Part shown: positions 19,676 to 28,529 of the stretch, in pieces
Numbering within the stretch: position 1 is the first letter of the stretch
Layout of the letters: each line of letters starts with the position of its first letter
Source of the DNA: an uncultured cyanobacterium
Lineage (GTDB): Bacteria > Cyanobacteriota > Cyanobacteriia > Cyanobacteriales > Cyanobacteriaceae
Length of the DNA: 28,529 nucleotides
Assembly: GCA_963749915.1 (NCBI GenBank)
Contig: CAVVOP010000031.1
Coordinates: 1-28,529 of the forward strand
Direction: 5' to 3'
Program-made: the position numbers and the translations under genes
Notes under the pieces: model-generated
The model's input: the letters and a program-made list of their open reading frames with translations, nothing else
The model's database searches: none
Told to the model about the DNA's origin: nothing

Positions 19676-20182
19676 GTTACTGCAAGATGGATGGCTCAAG
19701 GTTCTCATTGTGGTTTACCCGCCTTAGAGCCTGGAATGTCTTTAATAAAGAAGCCAAACTGACCCGCCATCAAACGGACGCTTTAATTATTAAAGCCTTT
19801 CCCGCAGTAACCTATTCAGAAAATAAACACATCATGATTAAGGGCGATGCGTCCCCATTCAATGGTGACATTATTTACTGGAGCAAAAGAGAATCCAAAC
19901 ACTACGGTGGGATAACAGTCAAAGCTTTAATCAAGCAAAACCATACCTGTGGATATTGTGGACTAGGATTTATCGATGGTGAAGATATAAACCTCCATCA
20001 CATTGATGGTAACCACAATAACTGGAAACCTCAAAACGTGACGGCAGTACACAAGTCCTGTCACCATTATATTCACCTGAGCAAAAGGGAAACCTGAGAT
20101 TGTCGGGAGCTGGATACACGGAAACGGGTACGTCCAGTTCTAAGTGGGAGGAGCGGAAGATAATACTTCCCTTCGACCCTAC
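19676..20182 (+). mobile_element. Group II intron 3' remnant: IEP C-terminus with HNH, plus domains V and VI
   Basis: ORF 19687-20097 has KGDASPFNGD..YW, CGYCG, LHHIDGNHNNW and HKSCH. DV GAGCTGGATACACGGAAACGGGTACGTCCAGTTC at 20107-20140. DVI ends GACCCTAC. Confidence 0.9.
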
Positions 20183-20257
20183 TCTACCCCTATCACCTCC
20201 GCCAGAATGCTATTGTAAAAAAACCTACCCCTGTGAGAGGTTGGCGATAGGATTACG

Positions 20258-21508
20258 TCATTGGAAAAAGGCGATGGTATCTTGAAGGGCGATAATAAAA
20301 GCATCAATTTCCGCAAAAGTGTTATAAAAGTATAAACTAGCCCTTGCACTACCGGAAATATTTAAGTAACGGTGTAAAGGTTGGGTACAATGATGACCAG
20401 AGCGAATGGCAATACCTTCATGATCTAAAAGTGTGGCTAAATCACTGCCATGAGTGCCTTTAACGTTGAATGCCGCTAAGGCCGCCCTTCCTTTACCGTC
20501 TGCTGTTGGTTGATTACCATAGATAGTTAAGTCTGGTATCTCATTCAACCGTTTAAATAAATATGCTGTCAATTCTTCTTCATAACGGTGAATATTATCC
20601 ATGCCTATGTTATTAAGATAATCCACCGCCGCCCCCAATGCGATCGCCTCACCAATGGCTGGTGTCCCCGCTTCAAATTTATGGGGTAATTCGCCACAGG
20701 TAAAATGATCTAAGTACACATCTGCAATCATCTCACCACCACCCATAAAAGGAGGCATCGCGTTTAATAACTCTTCTTTCCCATATAAAAAGCCGATGCC
20801 CGTTGTAGCGCACATTTTATGCCCTGAGCCCACTAACCAATCACAATTCATCTGTTGAACATCCATGGGTAAATGAGGTAAACTCTGACAAGCATCAATT
20901 AAAACTTTAGCACCGTATTGATGGGCTAAATTAAGAATATCCTCTACAGGATTTATACAACCTAAAGTATTGGAAACATGAACGACCGAAACCAATTTAG
21001 TCTTATCCGATAATAAAGACTGATAGTGACTAAAATCAAATTCCTGAGTGGGGGTTAACTGTACAAACTTAATGACTGCACCAGTTTTTTCCGCGATAAT
21101 CTGCCAGGGAACAATATTACTATGATGTTCCATTACCGTGAGAATAATCTCATCCCCGGATTTTAGGGTATTTAACCCCCAAGTATAGGCAACAATATTA
21201 ATAGCTTCAGTAGCATTACGACTATAAACAATTTCATTGCGACTTTTAGCATTAATAAATTTAGCTACCTTATCCCTAGCACCCTCATAAGCATCCGTTG
21301 CCCTTGAACTTAAGGTATGGGCTCCTCGATGCACGTTAGCGTTATCATACTCATAGTAATGACATAAGGCATCAATCACTGCCTTCGGTTTTTGAGATGT
21401 CGCCGCATTGTCAAGATATATTAAGGGTTTATCATGGATTTTCTGGTTAAGAATGGGAAAATCCCCTCTGACTTGGTCGGCGATGGTTTTTACTTGGGCA
21501 AGAGTCAT
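20258..21508 (-). CDS. sufS: SufS-family cysteine desulfurase
   Basis: [42 protein letters not shown] and [10 protein letters not shown] (class II) motifs. Confidence 0.97.
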   Translation of the reverse strand: MTLAQVKTIADQVRGDFPILNQKIHDKPLIYLDNAATSQKPKAVIDALCHYYEYDNANVHRGAHTLSSRATDAYEGARDKVAKFINAKSRNEIVYSRNATEAINIVAYTWGLNTLKSGDEIILTVMEHHSNIVPWQIIAEKTGAVIKFVQLTPTQEFDFSHYQSLLSDKTKLVSVVHVSNTLGCINPVEDILNLAHQYGAKVLIDACQSLPHLPMDVQQMNCDWLVGSGHKMCATTGIGFLYGKEELLNAMPPFMGGGEMIADVYLDHFTCGELPHKFEAGTPAIGEAIALGAAVDYLNNIGMDNIHRYEEELTAYLFKRLNEIPDLTIYGNQPTADGKGRAALAAFNVKGTHGSDLATLLDHEGIAIRSGHHCTQPLHRYLNISGSARASLYFYNTFAEIDAFIIALQDTIAFFQ

Positions 21509-21608
21509 GATGAATAATTAATAATTAATAATTGATAATAAACAATTTTTATTCTCCTACACCGAAACTAACAATTATTATACTCACTTTCGGTGAAAGA
21601 GTGGATGT

Positions 21609-21814
21609 TAATACTGCTCGGAAGCACGCTGAAAAGGTTGTCGTTAGAAGGAAGTAATAAGTAATAAGTAATATATAACTTAAGGTTTTGAACCCAAAAT
21701 CTTACTATGAAAGAAACTCAGAAATATAATTTCCCTGATTTTATTACCCTCTGCCCTCTGCCCTCTGCCTTACCATCGCCGACAATTATATTTTCCAAAA
21801 CCTTCGCAGTATTA
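21609..21814. mobile_element. MITE-like element with internal heptamer repeats
   Basis: Terminal IR TAATACTGC / GCAGTATTA; internal AAGTAAT x3 and CCCTCTG x3. Confidence 0.7.
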
Positions 21815-21840
21815 GATTGGATTGGATGTAAAATTACCCT

Positions 21841-24687
21841 TTAAATCTCTTTTTTATTAATCACTTTAGTACAAAGTTGAGAAAAAGAAATGAAATAAAT
21901 AAGGGCAAAAAAAGAAGCTAAACTTAATCCTAAACCGAGATGAAAACTCAGAGGTTTAAATTCAAATTTTACAATATGTTTCCCCTTGGGTAAAATTATA
22001 CCACGCCCTAAATAATTGGTGACAAATACTCTAGTTTTTTTGCCGTCAATTGTGCTTTGCCAACCAGGGTAATAAGTGTCACTTAAAACGAGAAAAGTAG
22101 GGGCATTAGAATCAGTTTTTATGTCAACACTTGTCGCCGTTTCTTTGATAATTTTTGCCTTACTTTTAGTATCAAATTTAACCTCCTGAAAATTTATATT
22201 TTCCTCAACTAAGGCTACCCCACGGGGGTTATAAATACTATTATCAGGCAAAGAAGAAGTTTTAATGGTATTCATTATTTCTTCTGGCGTTAATGTCATC
22301 ACTTTTGGCACTAACCAAACTCTAGGTAAGGCAGATTTATTTTCATAAACAGTCGTTTCGTTTATATCTTCTACATAATGCCATCTTGATGAGTTTGAGA
22401 GGGAATTTTCTATTTCATTAAAGGGGTAAAACTCTTTTTTTTCTTCATTAACAAAAGTAATTTTTTTGACATTAATACTTCCCTGTGGTGGTAAGTATTC
22501 TATTTCGATATTTTTAATGGTTTCTGGTTTATCTAAAGGGATTAAACTTAAATATACATTTCCATCAGGAAAATTATCAAAAATATTCTTGGCTTTCTCA
22601 TGCTTGACTAAATTATCAAGATTATCATAAGCGTATTCTGCGGTATCCTTTCCTGCTTTTAAAGTTTTTATCTGTGTTTTTCCCTCTGAATCGGTAATAG
22701 TGATTTTCAAAATATCAGTATTATTTTGTATATTAATAGAGCAGGATAAATGATTAACTATGGCAATGGTATTGGCTTCTATTTCTTGAGGGAGAGTATA
22801 ACTCACTTTGAGATTTTTTTCATTGTCGATAACACATTCTTTTCCTAAGTTAAGAGTCATGTCATGATCTATCCATAAAATGCCTTTTTTAGTGGTTAGA
22901 TTTGAGTATTTTTTTCTCGTCATAAAAACGTAGCGAATTGCCATTAAATTAAAAGTTTGATTGTCATTTTCCGCCCAACTGGCCGTTTTAATTCCGCTGG
23001 CATAATCTGCATTAAATAACTCAGCATATCTTCTCAAAAGCAGGGGATTATAAATACTGGCATTGGGAATTTGCCATTTTCTCGATAAATTAGGACGCAT
23101 ATTTTCCATGGCTCCTAATACTCCTTCTAATGATATCATTCTCTGATTTTCAGTGTTAAGAATATCCCTGTATTTCATGGCGGAAGGATGACTTTCAATT
23201 AAAGTATATTCATAATAATATGATTCTTTTTGCCAATTCCAAAAATAACTAAAGCTACTTAAATCTAAAATTATTAACAAAATCAATAAAATACCAATAG
23301 GTTTAAAGTTAAATTTATTAATAATAAACAAAACTAATTGTATCGTTAAAATACTGACAAGAAAAATAATCAAGGGAACGATTAAAGCAGGATTTTTAAA
23401 ATTAATAATGTTCTCGCTATCTAAACTTTTATTAGCAATGATCAAAGGTTTAATAAAGAAATCGATATAAAATAATGCTAATAGCAATATTCCAGTAAAA
23501 ACTCCCATTATTTTCAGCCATAAGCTTTGAGATATTTTGTTATTTTGTAGTGATTGAATACCCAGACTTGCTAAAACACTTATACCTAAAGACATCTCCA
23601 AAAAATGACGTGCCAAACAGCGAAATTTGTTGTAAATTGGTACTTGATAACTTAACCATCCTAGGGGAGTTGATTCCCCAAAGGCAATTAAAAGAGATAA
23701 AATAACAATTATTAACCAAAATTTAGCGACGGTTTTTTGACCATGAGAAATGAATCCTATAACTGCTAAAATTAAGGTACAAATACCGATATAACCTGTA
23801 GTTTCTGTTAAAGTCCAACTACCAAAATAATTTATATTATATAATCGGGAATTGCCTCCCCCAAAAAAATAGGGGAAAATTAGTTTAATTATTTCTGGTG
23901 GAGGTAAAGTATATTGCGTATAAAAATTAAAAGTAATTTCATCTCTAACGCTTAAAGTAGATAATTCTAAAGTTGGGATAATTTGAACGGAGGCAAGGGC
24001 TATACCAAAAATTAAAATTAACCCAATTATTTGATAATATTTAATAGTTTTTACCGGTGCATTAATTCCTAAAATAAGGCCGTATAAAATTATTAAAATT
24101 AAGCTATAAACCGTAATTTGTGGATGCCCTGCGAAAATATTTATCGTAATAGATATAACGGCTATTACAATCCAAACTTTATCTATTTTATGCCTTAATT
24201 TTTCCAATGCCCAAAGAGATAATGGTAACCAAATCGCCGCCTGAATCATATTTGTGTGTTCAATATGGGAAATCATAAAGCCACTCATGCCATAAATAAA
24301 TCCACCACCATAAGCGGCAATAACGGATTGAGTAAGGCTATATATATAACCGTAAGTGAAAAAACTAGCCAATATATAGGCTGAAATTACAAATAAGTTC
24401 CATGCTATATCCTCACTGGAAATTAAGGATTTTAGAAGATAAGATATGGGATACCAAATAGCCACTTGGGGATCTGCCATCAGAGGAAAACCTCCTTGTA
24501 AATCCGTTGTCCAAAGGGTTTTCGGTGACAGAAAATTGGGCAAGTTTTGCATGATATGATCTGTGCCAACTAAAAAAATCTCGTTTTTTCCAATGACAGG
24601 CAGAAAAAAAATTAGATAGAAAATAACATAACAAATTAAGGCAAACAAGTAATGTATTTTCTTATTTTTAGTTAGTATTTTGATCAT
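21841..24687 (-). CDS. YfhO-family polytopic membrane protein (putative GT-C glycosyltransferase)
   Basis: LW...GFPLMADPQ..WYP, AGHPQ, GYIG and FRCLAR motifs; C-terminal FLVLSDTYYPGW..IDGK...LPKGKHIVKFEFKP. Confidence 0.88.
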   Translation of the reverse strand: MIKILTKNKKIHYLFALICYVIFYLIFFLPVIGKNEIFLVGTDHIMQNLPNFLSPKTLWTTDLQGGFPLMADPQVAIWYPISYLLKSLISSEDIAWNLFVISAYILASFFTYGYIYSLTQSVIAAYGGGFIYGMSGFMISHIEHTNMIQAAIWLPLSLWALEKLRHKIDKVWIVIAVISITINIFAGHPQITVYSLILIILYGLILGINAPVKTIKYYQIIGLILIFGIALASVQIIPTLELSTLSVRDEITFNFYTQYTLPPPEIIKLIFPYFFGGGNSRLYNINYFGSWTLTETTGYIGICTLILAVIGFISHGQKTVAKFWLIIVILSLLIAFGESTPLGWLSYQVPIYNKFRCLARHFLEMSLGISVLASLGIQSLQNNKISQSLWLKIMGVFTGILLLALFYIDFFIKPLIIANKSLDSENIINFKNPALIVPLIIFLVSILTIQLVLFIINKFNFKPIGILLILLIILDLSSFSYFWNWQKESYYYEYTLIESHPSAMKYRDILNTENQRMISLEGVLGAMENMRPNLSRKWQIPNASIYNPLLLRRYAELFNADYASGIKTASWAENDNQTFNLMAIRYVFMTRKKYSNLTTKKGILWIDHDMTLNLGKECVIDNEKNLKVSYTLPQEIEANTIAIVNHLSCSINIQNNTDILKITITDSEGKTQIKTLKAGKDTAEYAYDNLDNLVKHEKAKNIFDNFPDGNVYLSLIPLDKPETIKNIEIEYLPPQGSINVKKITFVNEEKKEFYPFNEIENSLSNSSRWHYVEDINETTVYENKSALPRVWLVPKVMTLTPEEIMNTIKTSSLPDNSIYNPRGVALVEENINFQEVKFDTKSKAKIIKETATSVDIKTDSNAPTFLVLSDTYYPGWQSTIDGKKTRVFVTNYLGRGIILPKGKHIVKFEFKPLSFHLGLGLSLASFFALIYFISFSQLCTKVINKKEI

Positions 24688-24782
24688 TTAAGGTGAAAGT
24701 AAGGAAAAAAATAGGGAATGATTTTGATCAAATTATTAGAATAAAAAACTATTATTATAGTCACCAGAAAATTTGGTAAAAT

Positions 24783-25754
24783 TTACTTGAAGAAACTGTT
24801 TTTCTTCTTTTTTTTACTTTTATTTTTCTCATAGTCGATCTCTTTGATTTTCTTCATAATGCGATCGAAATATTCTTTCAAATAAGCTTCTAAAGTAGTA
24901 GTATCTTGGGGATCTAAATTAAATGTTTTATAGACTTCCTCCATCGGTGCATCTAAAGGCTTACCACTGGCTAAAACTTCCGCAAAAGCAAGGCGATCGG
25001 ATGTATTGAGAGTCCACTTAAACCAACGGGTAAAACCTCGTAAAAATCGCAGTAAACCGATGGGAATACGGGAAATTTTGGCTTTTTTGCCCGATAATCG
25101 CTCACAAAGCTGAATAATCTGTTCTCCTGTCCATGCACGGGTACCAACCACAGGATAACTATTATTAGCAGTTTCCGGAATTTCGATGGCTTTAAGGGCA
25201 AATTTAGCAATATCTTGGGTATTCATATAAGCAATAGGAGTACTTTCACCACTTACCCACACTGGTTGATTATCAAGGATGGGGATACCATATTGAGCAA
25301 TCAAACCCTGCATAAATCCCGCTAACTTAAGAATAGTATAATTTACGCCAGACTCTTGTAAAAATAACTCAGTACAATACTTAATCTCCATCAAAGGCAC
25401 ATTTTCAAAATCTTGAGCATTAAGAATGGAGAAAAATACATAACGTTTAATATTAACTTCTTTTGCCGCCCGAATTAAATTAACTTTACCTTGCCAATCC
25501 ACCTCTTGTATTCTCAATGAATCTGTCGCTCTGGCAGTTGCCGCATCAATGATTACATCTACCCCCTCAAAAGCAGGAATTAAGGTTTTCGGTTGACAAA
25601 TATCACCTTTGACTAATTCTGCACCCCATTCTTTCAAAAAACTAGCTCTAGCATTATTTCTGACTAAACAACGTACTTGATAATCTTGATCAATGGCATG
25701 ACGCACTATCTGTCTTCCTAAAGTGCCTGTCGCCCCAACTACTAATATTTTCAT
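24783..25754 (-). CDS. ycf39: Ycf39 atypical SDR (PSII assembly factor)
   Basis: VVGATGTLGRQIVR, FLKEWGAELV, VDWQGKVNLI, VPLMEIKYCTE and DRLAFAEVL motifs. Confidence 0.93.
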   Translation of the reverse strand: MKILVVGATGTLGRQIVRHAIDQDYQVRCLVRNNARASFLKEWGAELVKGDICQPKTLIPAFEGVDVIIDAATARATDSLRIQEVDWQGKVNLIRAAKEVNIKRYVFFSILNAQDFENVPLMEIKYCTELFLQESGVNYTILKLAGFMQGLIAQYGIPILDNQPVWVSGESTPIAYMNTQDIAKFALKAIEIPETANNSYPVVGTRAWTGEQIIQLCERLSGKKAKISRIPIGLLRFLRGFTRWFKWTLNTSDRLAFAEVLASGKPLDAPMEEVYKTFNLDPQDTTTLEAYLKEYFDRIMKKIKEIDYEKNKSKKKKKNSFFK

Positions 25755-25850
25755 TGATTATTAAGTTTATTTACATATTTTTAAATTTCATTAAGATTTT
25801 ATCAGAAAAGAGGAGAGGAGAATGAGCAATTAAAAATGGGCAATGAACAA

Positions 25851-26147
25851 TAGACCTCTTGCAAAAATAGATTTCTCGGTTAGGTAATTTTGGATCTCTT
25901 GGTCGGCATTCCCTCTCTTGGTGGACGTTCCCTTGCGACTTCCGTCGTCGCGGGCTTCCACCGCTTGCGCCTTTCGGCGGCACGGGGTCCGACCGCTTTT
26001 GGATTTTGGATTTTGGATTGGAAAAGCCTTTCTGGACTAGCGGGGGCATTTGCCCAGGAACCTACGGTTTTGAGAAAAGTAGTGTTCAAACCTCTTGATC
26101 TATAGCCTGAAACCCGCATTCTACCGCTGAAAATCTGCACTAGACTA
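25851..26147. mobile_element. MITE-like element with TTTTGGA heptamers hosting the nested 51-nt elements
   Basis: Left end TAGACCTCTTGCAAAA; degenerate right end TGCACTAGACTA. Confidence 0.5.
25896..25997 (-). mobile_element. Two nested 51-nt structured micro-elements (E3, 25915-25965, inside E2)
   Basis: 102 bp = 2 x 51. Both align without gaps to E1, and removal restores a perfect TCCAAAA heptamer run. Confidence 0.9.
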
Positions 26148-26941
26148 CCGTACGGATTTCTTGATTACGTACTTTGGCAACAAAAGTAGGGGAAACTTGA
26201 CACTGTTTGGCTATTACTCGATCGCTCCATTGACTCCATTCAGAATCTTGCAGTAAAGTCATGACAGCCTTACGTTTATCAGTATTACTACGGCGTAAAC
26301 CATGAGTAGAATTGACACCCAGAGAAAACAATAAAGCCTCTCGATAAGTACCAGGCTTTTCGATAAAGGGTAATTCAGTTATTCCTGCTTGTTTCGCCGC
26401 TTCTATCTACTCGGTGAAAGCCATCAACCAAATAATAACAGTCAGTGGGCAGTGGGCAGTGGCCAGTGGTGGTTAATTCAGAATTATGAGAATCAATTAT
26501 TTGATTATTTTCACTACTCTCTACTCCCTGCTCACTACTCCCTACTTGCTCTCCACTCCCTTCTTCTCTCCAGACGGTTATAGGAGGAAGTTCGACACCT
26601 TCAGAGTAAGCATTTTGATAATCATCCACCACAGAATAATTAATCTCTACCCTCTGCTGTAGGTTGACATCAATGGTAAGTAAAGTTAGCTTAATCTTTT
26701 CTGATACTTCTCGAATGCTATCTGAAATCGCCATCGGTTTATTAACCTTCTGAAGATTGTTAGCCAGTTCGGGGCTAAGAACATTAGAACTATCCCAATT
26801 AACCCAAAACTGCAACATCTTGCCGTTATTAACGTGAATGTCAATTACTTTGCCGACATTCCCCCTGGCAAATACCCAATCGCCGATTTTGACATTATGG
26901 GGATTGAGAGAAAAGTCAGGATAATGTTTCGATTTAAGCAT
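26140..26941 (-). pseudogene. ParB/Srx-like domain protein, phage/plasmid-type, frameshifted
   Basis: GGAGGAGG RBS; LPPITVW..YYLVDGFHR. Removing a TAGA duplication gives VEAAKQAGITELP...NSTHGLRRSNTDKRKAV...WSDRVIAKQCQVSPTFV (HTH). Confidence 0.8.
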
Positions 26942-27494
26942 AATGACCTCCTCCCATAATTTGCCGGAAAGCATTTATCAAACCCAGTGCTTGAGGATTT
27001 TCTGGTATTACTGTTTCTGATTGTTTAACATAATACTGTTCGTACCATCGATAAAATAATATCCTTAAATTTCGGGTATAACCTAAGCTATTATCCTCAG
27101 TAAAGGTGTAATCAACACGGCAATTTTTAGCCTTGGCTAACCAGACATCAAAACAAGGTAGTTTACCTTTAAAATCCACCTTCTCCCAGTTAAATTTCTC
27201 CCATGCAGGAATTTTTCGATACTCCTCAATTAAATTATCTAAGTACTCCGAGCCTGTAGAATTCGGGTTATTCTTTCCTGTTTTCCATTGTTGATACTCT
27301 AACCATAATCTTTCTAAGATGCGATTGCCCGTTGTTTTATCATTAGTGAGGAGGTATCGCTTAATATCTCTCGCTTTTGGCAATTTGCCCTGAGAATATT
27401 TGATAAACTCCTCATTTTCTAATCTTTCATCAGAAGCAGGGATTGGGCAGTCGGGGGCAGTATTTTCTCTTAACACGTCTTCTCCGTTCTCCAT
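26934..27494 (-). CDS. Hypothetical protein, probably 5'-truncated, coupled to the ParB-like gene
   Basis: 186-aa ORF whose stop overlaps the ParB-like start. Its 5' end lies in TTCTCCG heptamer repeats beside an IS end. Confidence 0.55.
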   Translation of the reverse strand: MENGEDVLRENTAPDCPIPASDERLENEEFIKYSQGKLPKARDIKRYLLTNDKTTGNRILERLWLEYQQWKTGKNNPNSTGSEYLDNLIEEYRKIPAWEKFNWEKVDFKGKLPCFDVWLAKAKNCRVDYTFTEDNSLGYTRNLRILFYRWYEQYYVKQSETVIPENPQALGLINAFRQIMGGGHYA

Positions 27495-27515
27495 TCTCCG
27501 TTCTCCGTTAATTCA

Positions 27516-27725
27516 CTGATGTTACGCAGCCTTGAGAAACTGTAACTCTGTCATAGCTTCTTGGAGTGCTTTAATGTAAATACGACCCCGAAGAGCAAAA
27601 TGATTGACCTTATGCTTGATCTTTAGGCATTCTAATTGAAACGCTGCATATATTGACATAAAAATATGATTACACTGAGTTTTAATACACTTTGTTGGTG
27701 ATTTAGCTAAACCAGTATTCGATTC
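27516..27725 (-). mobile_element. IS701-family 3' remnant and right end
   Basis: SNTGLAKSPTKCIKTQCNHIFMSIYAAFQLECL...NHFALR; ends TGCGTAACATCAG. Confidence 0.8.
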
Positions 27726-27787
27726 CATATTCTCTTGGATTGAAAGAACTAATTAGATCCCACATTTGTCAGGATGGCATCTGGCAC

Positions 27788-28394
27788 TTGCGGTGCATGG
27801 GATAAAAGCGGGTAACTGGAAGCCTCAATCTGGAACTCCTGCTAGCTCAGTTAGATATGGACAACAATTGTGAACTGATAATAGAAGCGTCGTTAGAGTA
27901 AACCAGCTAAAGGGGCTGATAAGCTGGAGCCAAAATGGCAATAGGTTAGAGCCTGAAGTTTTGACCGGATTCAGGAGTGCACTCGACAACCTCGGCGTAT
28001 AGTCGGGAGCCTAAGTCTAACATCAAACGGAAATTAGGAACGAAGTAAGGGTTTCTGTTTTCTCCTTTTCAAGGAGTGGGTAGCCAACTAAATGGACAGA
28101 AATCAGAGGATTCTTCAAAAAGCAAATGCCTTTGGGAAAGCCAAAGGATAGGCAGACGTGAGGACGGTAGTATATAAACTTTCGTGATAATAAACGGTTA
28201 ACATATTATGAACCAGACATTAATCTAGGTATAAGTGAGAGTTTTTAACTCAAAGCCATGAAAATCAAGAAAGTAAGTCCAATAATTGGGTATTCAAGAC
28301 AAGAAATATACTACTGAGGAGCCGTGTAAGCTGGAAACTCTTATGCACGGTTTTGAATCAGAGGTGAGGGCAGCGATGCCCCATGGACTGTAAC
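27788..28394 (+). ncRNA. ORF-less group II intron (IIB-like), ~607 nt
   Basis: 5' TTGCG (tentative boundary); DI-like GGCGTATAGTCGGGAGCCTAAG and TTAGGAACG. DV GAGCCGTGTAAGCTGGAAACTCTTATGCACGGTTTT at 28319-28354. DVI ends ACTGTAAC. Confidence 0.82.
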
Positions 28395-28436
28395 AGGAAA
28401 AATAGGAGTAAATAGAAGGTTGTCTACAAACTAACT

Positions 28437-28529
28437 ATGCAATCCTCAAAATTTACTCTGATTCCTCCAGAAATTAAACCAGATGAATTATTGCCAGCTC
28501 TCGAAACAATTATTCCTCCAGATGAGATA
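28437..28529 (+). CDS. Probable IS4-family transposase N-terminus (runs off the window)
   Basis: MQSSKFTLIPPEIKPDELLPALETIIPPDEI resembles cyanobacterial Nterm_IS4 starts; only 31 codons are visible. Confidence 0.5.
   Translation, partial: MQSSKFTLIPPEIKPDELLPALETIIPPDEI

Noticed and set aside
25771..26140. ORFs 25771-26049, 25880-26140 and 25890-26105
   Set aside because: Spurious frames across heptamer repeats and the GC-rich nested 51-nt elements.
27740..28436. Ligated exons of the ORF-less intron encoding MASGTGK (Walker A-like)
   Set aside because: Stops flank the frame closely on both sides, so no host gene is supported.

Overview
AT-rich cyanobacterial chromosome segment, based on psaK, ycf39, HIP1 GCGATCGC sites and heptamer STRR repeats. 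Housekeeping genes (aspS, pdxH, psaK, trpF, sufS, a YfhO-family gene, ycf39) and part of an N-ATPase operon (atpR-atpB) are interleaved with dense mobile-element debris. That debris includes ISAs1, IS1634, IS630, IS701-like, IS4, IS66, ISH3 and IS1 elements, MITEs, two group II intron pieces (one apparently full-length but ORF-less), toxin-antitoxin loci and a phage/plasmid-like ParB pseudogene. The most striking signal is a 51-nt structured micro-element present in three copies: 13177-13227 and two nested copies at 25896-25997. Its stems covary between copies, and each copy sits between two A residues with no target duplication; all three empty sites can be reconstructed from this window. A second, ~21-23 nt HIP1-targeting hairpin element (SDR5-like) is also present. 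All family assignments come from motif recognition, not database searches.
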